Source of the DNA: a virus
Lineage: Duplodnaviria; Caudoviricetes
Length of the DNA: 64,000 bases
Strand: one strand, 5' to 3'
IMG/VR virus record: IMGVR_UViG_3300044733_004704
Location: 67,023 to 131,022 of that record
Shown: positions 1 through 10,900 of the stretch, piece by piece
How positions within the stretch are numbered: position 1 is the stretch's first letter
Layout: the number at the start of each line of letters is the position of its first letter
Notes under the pieces: model-generated
Told to the model about the DNA's origin: nothing
The model's database searches: none
What the model saw: only the letters and a program-made list of their open reading frames with translations
Position numbers and translations under genes: made by a program

Positions 1-285
1 ATATGCTGATTTGGATTCGAGTTTTTTAAGTGTGCTGGCTGGATTTGGAGCATATCTATATAATATATTTCCAAATTTATCATTTAAAGGATATCTTGTT
101 GTCCAAAAAATAGGAATAGATTCGTCGTTCTGTTGCGCCCCATGAATACTGTCTATAGCCTGCATAATCTGATCCCACTCGTTGGATTTAATCGGATTGT
201 TAGCAATTTCGGTATCTTTTTCCATTAGATTCAATGGTTTAGAACCCGCATATATGACTATAGAAAATTTTTTATCAATAATCAT
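1..285 (-). CDS. hypothetical protein, 3' end runs off the window
   Basis: Manual translation from ATG at 285 (MIIDKKFSIVIYAGSKPL...) stays open to base 1; GGTGTATA motif upstream at 320-327. Confidence 0.6.
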   Translation of the reverse strand, partial: MIIDKKFSIVIYAGSKPLNLMEKDTEIANNPIKSNEWDQIMQAIDSIHGAQQNDESIPIFWTTRYPLNDKFGNILYRYAPNPASTLKKLESKSAY

Positions 286-337
286 TATTTATTCTCTAAA
301 TTTAAGTGTTTCATATAAATATACACCAAATCATTAT

Positions 338-1267
338 TTATATAGTTGACAAACATATAGAGTCATTTACAACTCTATTTGCTCCATAAATATCTACTAA
401 TCCAGGAATCGGAACAGGAGAGTTTTCGCCAACTAGTGCATCAAAATTTTTAATATTGAGCAATATAGAAATATTGTCGTCATTTATACCACTATATTTA
501 ATAAATTGAGCAACAACTCTATCTCTAAAGGAGAAGGTCCAATTGTTGTCCTTATCGAGAACCAAAAACCTGTTATTGAATTCTATCTCGGCAAGATCAG
601 CTGGTGTAGGACAACTTACTATTTGAGTAAACGTATACTGTCCTGCTGCGGAATCGTAGGAAAGATTAGAACTGAGAACAAAATCAAAAGGAAAAAGCTC
701 CATTTCTGCTCTGTTGCCATCTATAAAACCATAGATACTAACTTGTTGATCTGCTGGTATGCCTGGTCCAGTAACAGACATTCTGGTTAATAACAAACTT
801 ACGGCATCCACAGACTCATCGGTGCGAATTCTTAAAACTCTTCCATTATTTGGTCCTCTTTTTTCTAAGCTAGATAATATAGATCCATTTAATTTTACTA
901 CTTTATTTGGTGAACAAATAACTAAGATATAATCAGTATATAATATATTGTTATATATATCTTTAACATTTAATCTAATCAAACTCTGAGTTTCTGCTTT
1001 ATGGATAGATTTAATACTAATTCCTATTTGAATACTATCTTTAATAGATGATTTTAGATAAGATTCTTGAGCTGGATTATTATTCGAGTCTGGTGTGAAT
1101 ATTATTTCAGCCGGGGGATGAAGAGGCAATCGTGCGGCAACATCAAAACTAACTATATATCTATCTAATATGGGTACGGATGTTTCTGGAGGTGGAGGAA
1201 ATGTTAATAAAAATCCTTTATCTCCCTCTTCCAAACTAACATTGATTTTTTTAATATCATTACTCAT
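338..1267 (-). CDS. hypothetical protein, probably virion-associated
   Basis: 309-aa ORF overlapping the upstream gene by 4 bp in the tail operon. Confidence 0.6.
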   Translation of the reverse strand: MSNDIKKINVSLEEGDKGFLLTFPPPPETSVPILDRYIVSFDVAARLPLHPPAEIIFTPDSNNNPAQESYLKSSIKDSIQIGISIKSIHKAETQSLIRLNVKDIYNNILYTDYILVICSPNKVVKLNGSILSSLEKRGPNNGRVLRIRTDESVDAVSLLLTRMSVTGPGIPADQQVSIYGFIDGNRAEMELFPFDFVLSSNLSYDSAAGQYTFTQIVSCPTPADLAEIEFNNRFLVLDKDNNWTFSFRDRVVAQFIKYSGINDDNISILLNIKNFDALVGENSPVPIPGLVDIYGANRVVNDSICLSTI

Positions 1268-1827
1268 ATATTACCTTCGAGGCACTTGATTGTTAATATC
1301 TTTTCGCCACCGCGTATAATTTTATTACTTAAATTATCATATACTGCGAATTGAAATAAACTTATGCTATTATAATTAGTATCAGTTATAGAAATAGTAG
1401 CTGGTATTGTAGCTCTTCTATATGTTCGTTCTTCTCCATTTTCGGTTTCTGTGTATGTTACAAAACTTGGAGATGATAAAGAGATATTTTGAGGTAATGT
1501 ATTTTGAGTTAATTCTGTTAAGACAAAATTATAATCAAATGGTGCTGGTTTAAGTTTGTCCACTGTTATTGTAAATAATCCACCCGCACAACAGAAGTTG
1601 TTTATAAGATAGTTGGGTGGAACCACTGCTGTATTTTCATAAAAAAATAAAATTTCTGGTATTGGTTCAAAACAAATTTTTTGACTTATAAACTCCACAA
1701 TACTACCATCTGTTAACTTTGTGTATAATCTACCAGTAGTGCTATTAATAACCAATTCTCCGACATCAACCTGATCTGCGGCCGGGAATCCTGATTCTTC
1801 TATATCTCTTTTCAGTAATAATTTCAT
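1264..1827 (-). CDS. putative tail/fibre-associated protein
   Basis: N-terminus (LLLKR...P...VGELVINSTTGRLYTK) resembles fibre N-terminal anchoring motifs; GAGGAG RBS. Confidence 0.55.
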   Translation of the reverse strand: MKLLLKRDIEESGFPAADQVDVGELVINSTTGRLYTKLTDGSIVEFISQKICFEPIPEILFFYENTAVVPPNYLINNFCCAGGLFTITVDKLKPAPFDYNFVLTELTQNTLPQNISLSSPSFVTYTETENGEERTYRRATIPATISITDTNYNSISLFQFAVYDNLSNKIIRGGEKILTIKCLEGNI

Positions 1828-1839
1828 TTAAATTCTCCT

Positions 1840-4392
1840 CTAAACAGCACATATTCCAGTAAATAATATAACACCAAAATCAAAATTAGTCAATTCATCA
1901 TTTTTCTTATTCTCTTCTTCTTCTAAGTCTGGATCTTCTAATAAAACACCTGTAGTATATACATAATTATACGCACTTTTACCATTATTAGTGTTAATAG
2001 CGCTAATTCTATACAGATAATTTGTAATACCATCCAGGCCTGTTTCATTATGAGAGCTATCTTCATTGTACGGAATAAACGCTATATTAAACCAACTAGA
2101 TCCACCATCTGTTGATTCTTCTATTAGATATCCACTAGCACCATATGATCCCCATGAATTAGTCGGTGTCCAAGATAGATCAACATCAGATATTGTAAGA
2201 GTATCTATTTTTCTAGTAACAGTAAAATTTGTTGGACTCTGAGGAAGACCCGTGTTGCTCACAAAAGTGATATCGGTAGCCTCAGAATAAGGACCAATAC
2301 CAACTCCATTTTGTGCAGCTACTCTAAAAATAGCTGGGGCAGCAACCTGTGTTATTGTAGCCGATGTTTGAGTATTAAAACCCCTAAGAACACCGATTGT
2401 TTCGTTAGGTACATCTATCCAGTTTTCTCCATTATTATGAGATAGTTGTATTAGATAATTAAGTATTGCTGATCTACCATCACTAACTGGCGCGTCCCAG
2501 CGAATAGAGTGCTCATTATTTCCAACTCCACCATAACCATTAGCTATTCCGGCCACGCCGGACGGAGCGTCTGGTATAATAGGATTAACTCTTGGAGTTC
2601 TTGATACTATCTGACCTTCCGAATTTACTGTTAATAAAGCATTTCTTATATATTTCCCTTTATTATCTACAGCTGGTTTTGGTCTAAGAAATATATCCTC
2701 TGTAATAATACTTTTACTATATGTATGACCACTAATCGTCACATCGGCATAAGCTATCAATTCTCCATTACCACTTGGTATTGATCCCATTTTATACGGA
2801 TCATTAGTTTTTATACAAACCTTACCGGCGCGATCAAAACCCCAGCCTATCGGATGTGTTTTGGCTCTATCTATAAACTTACTATATATTACGCCACTCG
2901 GTGATCCACTAACGCTATTAGGAACACTAGCGTCCACACGGAAAACAGGTGTTAGTCCTTGTGGTAGAAAATTATCATTAAGATCAAAGATACTATTATA
3001 GTTATTAAAGTTTGTATTTTCTTTTCCATAAATAACAAAATCTATATCCTCTCCTAGCATATTAAAAGCAGTATGGATACTTGGTCTTATACTAAGATTA
3101 TTAATTGTAGAAGGTTTAAATCTTAATGGAATAGTAATAGGTGTTTCTAACAGAGTTCCATCGTCTTGTGTTTCTATTGTACCAATAGCATCTATTTCTT
3201 CATTTTGGTTGTTAGTATATGTTATATTATCTGTAGCATTTGGTTCCAATTGCATAGGAAAATAACCGCCTTTTGTAACAGAAAATAGTAGCACATTTGC
3301 TCCTATCGCCCCTGAGCCTATTCCTTCTGGTTCTTCGGGAGCTATCTCTATTTCATAGGCTGGTACCGCGCCTTCGTTAGCAGGACCATTTGGATCGATA
3401 ATGCTTACGGTTTTTAAACTTTCCTCAAAATTAAATTCTGCTTCGATCTTTTCTTGGCTAGAAGCTTTCGCTACGAAAGCAAATTTGGTATATCCTACAA
3501 TAATATCTCCTATAGCAGTTTCAACACATAAAGTGTCTGAACCGGTACCCAATTCATTCGCAAGAATTTCTGTATCAGATCCTATCGCCGGATACGGCGA
3601 CCATGATCTGTTTGTCTTATAAATATATAGCCGACCATTTCTTATTAAAGCCGGTCTTTTAGGATATCTAATCCAGTTTATACCTATTCTTTCTAATCCT
3701 TCTAGTGGTGCATCGACACTATAATTTTCTCTTAGATAAACTGCCGGTTTCCATTCGGCTGGTTCTCCTGAGCCAGCATGTGTGAGTATGAATCCTCTAT
3801 AAGAATCCAAATTATTATTTGGTCCAAGATTTATTCCAGAATTAGCATAAATAATAGTATTTGCTGTTATGGTTGCTGGTGTTATGACTGGCGGTTCAGA
3901 AGCGTCTGTTTCTTCTGGTTTTAGTATAAGCCCATCAAATGAAGAAAGATTTGCCAAATCAACTATTTCTCCGGCTTCATAATGTGGCGGAACAACATAT
4001 AAAGGACCGCCAGGATTAGCGGATGGGAATTTTAAAATATTATTTCCACTATCATATGTTATGATATCTGTTGCCAAAATATTATCATCGTCAATTTTTA
4101 CAGCTATACCGCCAGTCACACCCGGATAGAAAGGCAAAGGATTACCTAAATTATCTATTTTGGAATATTCTACAGAACTAAGATTTATACTTCTTAGTCC
4201 GCTAACATCAACAAAAGATGGACTTATTAATCTAATTCCACTATTTGCTACTAAGTACATTGTTCCACTAGCAGCTAGACTAACATCTTTACTACTTAAT
4301 AGATTATAATATACTCCATCTACTTTTTTATTTCCTGTTTGTAATCTTACTCCAGACCAGTTTCTGGGACTAAGAATATTATACCATAACAT
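1840..4392 (-). CDS. tail protein with two C-terminal fibronectin type III domains
   Basis: FN3 signatures PDAPSGV...IRWDAPVSDGRSAILNYLIQ...FRVAAQNGVGIGPYS and LSWTP...YLYRISAIN. Confidence 0.75.
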   Translation of the reverse strand: MLWYNILSPRNWSGVRLQTGNKKVDGVYYNLLSSKDVSLAASGTMYLVANSGIRLISPSFVDVSGLRSINLSSVEYSKIDNLGNPLPFYPGVTGGIAVKIDDDNILATDIITYDSGNNILKFPSANPGGPLYVVPPHYEAGEIVDLANLSSFDGLILKPEETDASEPPVITPATITANTIIYANSGINLGPNNNLDSYRGFILTHAGSGEPAEWKPAVYLRENYSVDAPLEGLERIGINWIRYPKRPALIRNGRLYIYKTNRSWSPYPAIGSDTEILANELGTGSDTLCVETAIGDIIVGYTKFAFVAKASSQEKIEAEFNFEESLKTVSIIDPNGPANEGAVPAYEIEIAPEEPEGIGSGAIGANVLLFSVTKGGYFPMQLEPNATDNITYTNNQNEEIDAIGTIETQDDGTLLETPITIPLRFKPSTINNLSIRPSIHTAFNMLGEDIDFVIYGKENTNFNNYNSIFDLNDNFLPQGLTPVFRVDASVPNSVSGSPSGVIYSKFIDRAKTHPIGWGFDRAGKVCIKTNDPYKMGSIPSGNGELIAYADVTISGHTYSKSIITEDIFLRPKPAVDNKGKYIRNALLTVNSEGQIVSRTPRVNPIIPDAPSGVAGIANGYGGVGNNEHSIRWDAPVSDGRSAILNYLIQLSHNNGENWIDVPNETIGVLRGFNTQTSATITQVAAPAIFRVAAQNGVGIGPYSEATDITFVSNTGLPQSPTNFTVTRKIDTLTISDVDLSWTPTNSWGSYGASGYLIEESTDGGSSWFNIAFIPYNEDSSHNETGLDGITNYLYRISAINTNNGKSAYNYVYTTGVLLEDPDLEEEENKKNDELTNFDFGVILFTGICAV

Positions 4393-4405
4393 ATAAACTC
4401 CTCAC

Positions 4406-7400
4406 TTAGAATAAACCGGGTCTACCATCGTCTCGACACCAATGCGGAATATTATTTGTAGCAATTAAATTTTCATCTTCACAATCTGCTTCGTTTTCTG
4501 TTCCATCCGCATTAACAATGGGAGGCGGATTAGTTTCGCCATATATACCACCTCCACCACCCCAACTCGATGAAGTATTATTATTCCAGAATGTATCGCT
4601 ATTGATACCTCCGACATCTGTGCTTAACGGAGGTATTACGCCAGCCGCTTGTTGTTCTATAGTGTCGGCGGTAAGATCTGGTACGAATCCAATATCTTTC
4701 AATGAGGATCTAACGGTGCCGTCTCTTACAAAAATCTTATCAACCACCAACCAACCACTAACAGTTAAATTAGCTAAAACTTGTTTTGGTGGATCGGTAC
4801 TGTTTTCAGATAACAATTCTGTTGCTACAACATACGGCTCAAAAGTACCCATTGTAATAGCTGGTGAACCACTAACAAAGATTGATTCCTGGTATTCGAA
4901 ATACGCAGCTTTATGCCATTGGTTAAAGCTGGGTAAGAAATACTTTCTATTATTATTAGCTGTTATATAATAAGTACTACCAGCTAATAGTATTGTATAT
5001 GCACCATCATTAATAATACTATTTGCATCATTTGAACTAACTTCTTCCGGAGCGTCATTATGTAACCAATTAATAAATTGCAAGCTATTAATATAATTAA
5101 CATAATTAACAGGTTTATCTTCCATATTTGGTTTTATTGAATATTCAAATACTAAACCATTAGTAGATCTTAGTATACCCCCATTTTGAGCATTTGTCAT
5201 ATTTGGATTATATAATCCGGTAGTAACAGGATCTCCAACAGTGGTTGCTACACTATTTAAGAATTGAACATATTGCTTATTAGTAACCTCGTATCTGCCT
5301 ATACGATAATTTTTATCCACAACACCAAGATTTGGAATAATAATATTTTGATAAGTATTGTTAGAAAATTGTAAGTACAGATCCTTTGTATCTGCTATAT
5401 TATTCTCATTAATAATATTTACAAAACTTAAATTTAAACTTGAACTATTTGATATATTGGCATTATCAACTAGATTACTAATGCTAGCTACTCTAAAACC
5501 AACGTAATCGTATCCGGAAATAATCGGAAATTGCTGTATTCCTCTTAAATAGATAGAATCAGCATCCGGAGATACGCTGCCAGTAACAGGTGTTCTGTAG
5601 GATCCGCCAGCAGCATATTCTAATGTTACTATACCATCCGTAATATCGGACTCTATCCACTCTGCAACATTACCATTTTGATCATATGTTCCATAATAAC
5701 TACTCTTACCATTAGTACCAACAGAAGATAGTATACCACTAAATAAATTATTAGTTAAGCTATAGTTATAATTAGCTGTGCTAAAATTATTAGTTAAACC
5801 GCTACCAACAGTATTTATTACAATAGGTTTTATATTATCGTCTTTAGTGGCAAAATTATAATATGTTCCAGAAACCGTTGTGATAGATCCTACACTAGCA
5901 TGTACTTTTAGTGCTGGTCTAATATCAGCACCATAAACTGTAAAATCAATATCTTTTTGAGCAGTATTAAAGACTGTCTCCGTTTTTGGTCTTACGCTAA
6001 GAATATTCGATGTGCTATCCGATGAAGATTCAGAAGAAAATTTTTGAATTGTTAAATAGCCACCCTTTGTTACTGAAGCAATAGTAATATTATTAATTTC
6101 ATTGGTAGAAACATTTTGATCTAAAATTATTTCTGTTATGAAAGCTTCGTTGGTTACTAAGGATGTTATATTCCTATATATAGAACTATTACTAGTAATA
6201 ATTTCTACCTGATCTCCAACACTAAATTCTTCTATTGGAGTATCCTCAGATAAAATAACTTGTTTTAAACACACACTAGCTATTTTTGGAGTATATTTGT
6301 TCCAGGTTATATCTTTTTCTGTTAGAAAATAATCATCTAAATCATATAATCCAACAAGATTGTTGGTACTGTCTGTGGTTAAAAATTTATTGCCAGATAT
6401 ATTATTGAAGATTAAGCCATTATTTCCACTATTAACTGTTATACCATTAATCGGAACAATAGTCTTATTATTAGATATGGTCAACAAACTACTAGTTGCT
6501 ATATTGGGTAGTGTTATGGTATTAGAACTAATATTATTAGCAGATAAAGTGCCGTTACTGGTGATGGATCCCGTACCCAAAAGTAGTGAATTATAGTCTA
6601 AAGATATGCTTCTATTGGTATTATTAAGCGTTATATATGTATTAGATGTTCCAATAGTACTTAGAGTAGATGATCTAATATCAATATTATCACCAGAAAT
6701 ATTTATATTACCATTATTATTAATATTTATTCTTTTATTGTTACTATAACCAAGATTAATACTATCTAAGCTTCCGGACACTAGTGGCTGTTGACTCGAA
6801 CCAGAACTAACAGTCAATACCAACCCACCATTACCGTTGGTAGTGTCAGATGCTATACTATATATGGTTGCATAATCTTTTTGATTATTATTAACATCTC
6901 TTCCAGCTAAGTTTAATATAGAACATACTCCACCATTACTAAGTGATGATGGTTTGTGATAAACTGTTAATTTTGCTGGTTGACAAGTTGTTCTATTTTC
7001 CAGTCTTAATATTTCACTGCAACTATAATTTACAACATGAAAAATAGTTTGTGGTCTGGATCCTGATGGAATATTTATACCAACCCTACCATCATAACTA
7101 AAGAAAAGATTTCGATACGGTTGTCCACTGCCATAAACTATAAAATCACTCGGTTGCAAATCTTGATTAAATATTGTGTTTGCTGAACCGGATGTTGGTA
7201 TAACAGTATGGGCCAAAGATTCTGAGCTTGATCCTAATAATAATTTATTAGTATTTCCAGAACTCCAATACAATTCTGAGCCTAATAAGCCATTGGATCC
7301 ATCATTATATTGAAAAGAATATGCTGCTCCACCAGGATTACTTAACGACGAAAAAGAGTCATCTGATAACGAAGCAAAATTTAATTGATCATTTTGATTA

Positions 7401-7975
7401 AGAGAGTACCATGCTTGTCCATCGCAAACCAGCCTGGTTGATGTGCTTGTTGACTCAAAAATTAAACCATCACAATCTCTAATTATTATGTTGTGAGCAG
7501 AAGACAGTGCTTTGATATCTATAACAATATTTCTAGCTTTTTTAGGGTCTGGTAATACACAATCAATATTTTTATCATTGTTATCTACCAAATAAATGCT
7601 TGTTACATTATCGATAGTAAAATGATCGTTCTTAACAATAACATTATTAAAACTACTATTAAAATTATTATTATTTACAAAAAGATAAAACTCATTTTCA
7701 TTACCAATAAAATTAACTGGTTTGTTATTATTTGATGAATTTGTAACCTCTATTCTTTTAACTACTAATAAACCATCACTATACTGTATTTCGCCAACTC
7801 CGGTTTCCCATTTGTATCCATCTTTAATATTACGAATTAAGTATGGAATAAAATATCCAATAGTATCTTGTTCTAATGCTTTATAGCCATTAATAGCATT
7901 ATGCTGAATAAAAGTGTTATTACTAACAGAACAAAGAAATCCTATGTTATTAAATATTTTAGTAATTTTATTCAT
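4406..7975 (-). CDS. tail protein with an inserted FGE-sulfatase (SUMF1/C-type-lectin fold) domain
   Basis: Motifs YDQNGNVAEW, GGSY, GFRV, YEVTNKQY, PVNYVNY, LPSFNQWHKAAY; lies directly after the tape measure gene. Confidence 0.75.
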   Translation of the reverse strand: MNKITKIFNNIGFLCSVSNNTFIQHNAINGYKALEQDTIGYFIPYLIRNIKDGYKWETGVGEIQYSDGLLVVKRIEVTNSSNNNKPVNFIGNENEFYLFVNNNNFNSSFNNVIVKNDHFTIDNVTSIYLVDNNDKNIDCVLPDPKKARNIVIDIKALSSAHNIIIRDCDGLIFESTSTSTRLVCDGQAWYSLNQNDQLNFASLSDDSFSSLSNPGGAAYSFQYNDGSNGLLGSELYWSSGNTNKLLLGSSSESLAHTVIPTSGSANTIFNQDLQPSDFIVYGSGQPYRNLFFSYDGRVGINIPSGSRPQTIFHVVNYSCSEILRLENRTTCQPAKLTVYHKPSSLSNGGVCSILNLAGRDVNNNQKDYATIYSIASDTTNGNGGLVLTVSSGSSQQPLVSGSLDSINLGYSNNKRININNNGNINISGDNIDIRSSTLSTIGTSNTYITLNNTNRSISLDYNSLLLGTGSITSNGTLSANNISSNTITLPNIATSSLLTISNNKTIVPINGITVNSGNNGLIFNNISGNKFLTTDSTNNLVGLYDLDDYFLTEKDITWNKYTPKIASVCLKQVILSEDTPIEEFSVGDQVEIITSNSSIYRNITSLVTNEAFITEIILDQNVSTNEINNITIASVTKGGYLTIQKFSSESSSDSTSNILSVRPKTETVFNTAQKDIDFTVYGADIRPALKVHASVGSITTVSGTYYNFATKDDNIKPIVINTVGSGLTNNFSTANYNYSLTNNLFSGILSSVGTNGKSSYYGTYDQNGNVAEWIESDITDGIVTLEYAAGGSYRTPVTGSVSPDADSIYLRGIQQFPIISGYDYVGFRVASISNLVDNANISNSSSLNLSFVNIINENNIADTKDLYLQFSNNTYQNIIIPNLGVVDKNYRIGRYEVTNKQYVQFLNSVATTVGDPVTTGLYNPNMTNAQNGGILRSTNGLVFEYSIKPNMEDKPVNYVNYINSLQFINWLHNDAPEEVSSNDANSIINDGAYTILLAGSTYYITANNNRKYFLPSFNQWHKAAYFEYQESIFVSGSPAITMGTFEPYVVATELLSENSTDPPKQVLANLTVSGWLVVDKIFVRDGTVRSSLKDIGFVPDLTADTIEQQAAGVIPPLSTDVGGINSDTFWNNNTSSSWGGGGGIYGETNPPPIVNADGTENEADCEDENLIATNNIPHWCRDDGRPGLF

Positions 7976-7981
7976 ATTAGC

Positions 7982-10900
7982 CTATGCAATATCATTAGGG
8001 TTAATATCTATATCAAAGTTGATAGTATTATTTTCTGGATTTTTAGCTTTTAGATCTTGGAAAGCGGATCTTATAGCAGATATGGCTATTCCTGCCATGT
8101 CTGGTCGTAATTGATTCAAAACTGTGTCTCCGTTGATAGTAACAACAACATCGTGTTTTCCTGTGATAGTAATTTGTGGAGGTATATAAATATTACTAAG
8201 TATATTGGCGATATTATTTAATCTATTAACAAAATTATCAATACTAGAAATATCACCGCCACTGTTAGATACACCACCAGAGCTATTGTTTGGTTGTTTT
8301 AGTGCCGAAACAGCTTTATTGAAAGCTTCTGTTATACTACTAGAAACAGATACCATAATATTGTTCATAAAAGAGGTAAAATCGAAACCGGATCCGGCCG
8401 GTGTTCCTCCTCCGCCTTCTCTGTATAGTGGCAAATAGCCACCACCGCTAAGATAGTTTACAATACCTCCTCTGCTATAATTCCCATTATTAATAGCTTC
8501 AAGGACTGGTCTGTATTTTTGAGTCGAAGCTCTGTTAATAACAAATTCACCAGGAGTTAGCATGGCCGGAACAGTATCTGTTCCTTTTGGTCTAAAATTA
8601 ATAAAGCTCCCATTGCTAGCGTATACTATACCTCCACGAGCAAGAGCTTGTTGGTTTTCTGGTTTTTGTTCTTCTGTTTTAGACTCTTGTATTCTAACTG
8701 TTATTAAATCTTTCATTCTGTTAGTGTCTGGTAATTCGCCATATTTATCTGCGGTTAATAACTTATGATGCTGAATATAATTATCTTTATTCCCAATAGT
8801 TGTAACAGGATCTTCTAAATTCCTATCACCACCAGCTGTAGTATTTGGTTTGGGGGCATTACCATTGAGAGCATCTAAACTGCCTTGTAACATATCATTA
8901 TTTAATCCAGCATTTAATAAAGTGTCTTGCGCCGTGTACCATGGTTTAAGACCCTCTGCTGCTGCTGCAAATTCTGATAAATTATTTTTAGTAAAATAAT
9001 CGGATAAAACCTTAAGATAGCTCTGTCGTTTTTCGCTATTTTCAAATAAATTTTCTGGAGCTAATCCTATACGTTCAACATCCTGAATAGTTTTAGGATT
9101 TTTTATATTATCAGATTTTATTTCTGTTTTATTACCATCTTTATCAACAGTATACAGCTTTGTTTTTGATGCTTCCAGATCTAAACTTTTTAATGAATCT
9201 TCTGGTATTTCTCCACTGGCATTTTTACTAATAGCTATAGCCTTTTCTCTTGCTATAATTTGTTTAATTCCATCTGCATCAACTGTTCCCTTTTCAACAT
9301 CAACACCAAAAGTTTTCAAATATGCCACAGTAGCCGGTATTCTGCTTTCTGCATCTTTACCTATACCTCCTGGTTGATATAATTCGCTAAATAGTGCTCT
9401 CCAAGCGTTAATTTCTGCCCATTGAGGAGATTTATTATCTATTTTTTTGAGATAATTATTTAAATATCCAGCAACACCTCCAACGTCTTCTATCTTTGTT
9501 ATACTAGGAACTCCGATTCCGTAGGCGCTCAATGTAGTAGATGCAATTCTCTGTATTTCTTGTGCTAATTTTGTTCTTGTTGCTGTTGTAAATGCGCTTT
9601 CTGCTGTTGATAATTTTTTGAATCTATCTCCTGTGACTTTTGAGGCTCTTTCTTTAGTCAACTCCATTTCTTTAGCTTTTATTCTTTCGTCTCTTGCTTT
9701 TTGGTATTCTGTAGCATCAATAGTCATACTTTCTAAAATAGGATTCGTGCCATCACTAGACGGTATAATATATGGTTTAATATCTTCTGGTAAATCTTTA
9801 ATTACTCTAAATTCGCTTGGATCAACACTGCTGATACCTCCTATATATTGTCCATTCAATTTTAAGCTTGATAAAGATCCAAATTCTTCATTAACTGGAG
9901 GCATCTCTCCTGTATCAGTATTCCATGATGGTAATCTAGCACCTAAATATTCATTAAGACTTGTTCCAGCATACAGTATCGGCTTCTCTGTATTGTATAA
10001 TGGATTTAATTTTGGATCTCCAGCTTTTGGTGGAATATAAGTATATTCATAAGGGCTACCATAGTTTCGCGATGTTGTATTTAATAGGTTACCTGTTATA
10101 GTTTTTGCTGGAATAAAAAATCGACCACCAGCAGATCCAATGGGTGTTTCTGTTACCTTAAATAAAGCATCTCCAGCTTCTGTGTTAAATTCTTTTTGTG
10201 CTAATTTTAAATTACTCACATCTAATTTTGTATCATTTGTAATCCATGGAAATTGACGTTTGTTGTCAGTGTTTGGTTGATTATTGACTATAGGGATAAT
10301 ACTTATTGTATCATTCCAATTGGACATGGCTGTGTTATCTTCTACTGCTTTCTGATAATTCGGATCTGATTGAATGGTATTCCATTTTTCTTCTGCCATA
10401 TTATATAATGTTATTGGCTTCTTAACAAAATCCGGATCGCCGATAGACGTATGAAATATTCTATTCTTATACAAAGCATCTAATGAGGCTAGTGTTTCTT
10501 TGTTATAAATAGAGGCATCGGACTCTACGGTAGAAGTATCAACTTTCTCACCGGCTCCTTCTCCAGGATCTAGTATCTTATCATCAAAAAGACTAAGAGC
10601 CTTAAGAGCCTGTCGAGTTTTTTGTATAACTTGTATCGTATTATTGACTAAATCAACTTTATTATGAGAGTCTAAATTATCTTGTTGTAAATCTTTACCA
10701 GCTAATACTCGAGGAGGAGTATTTACATACGCTGCAAACTTTGCTGGTGAATCCGCTAATGTAAATGGCGACACTCCCTCAAAGCCAACACCTCCTTGTT
10801 TAAGGATACGTGGTATTTCATCAAATATACCCCAATAGGATTTCTCATTGTCTTGTATAAGATCTTCAACTACCTTTAGATAGGAGTATCCCTTATAGTC

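Noticed and set aside
4406-7975. Diversity-generating retroelement target
   Set aside because: The fold fits, but no reverse transcriptase or template repeat is visible in this window.
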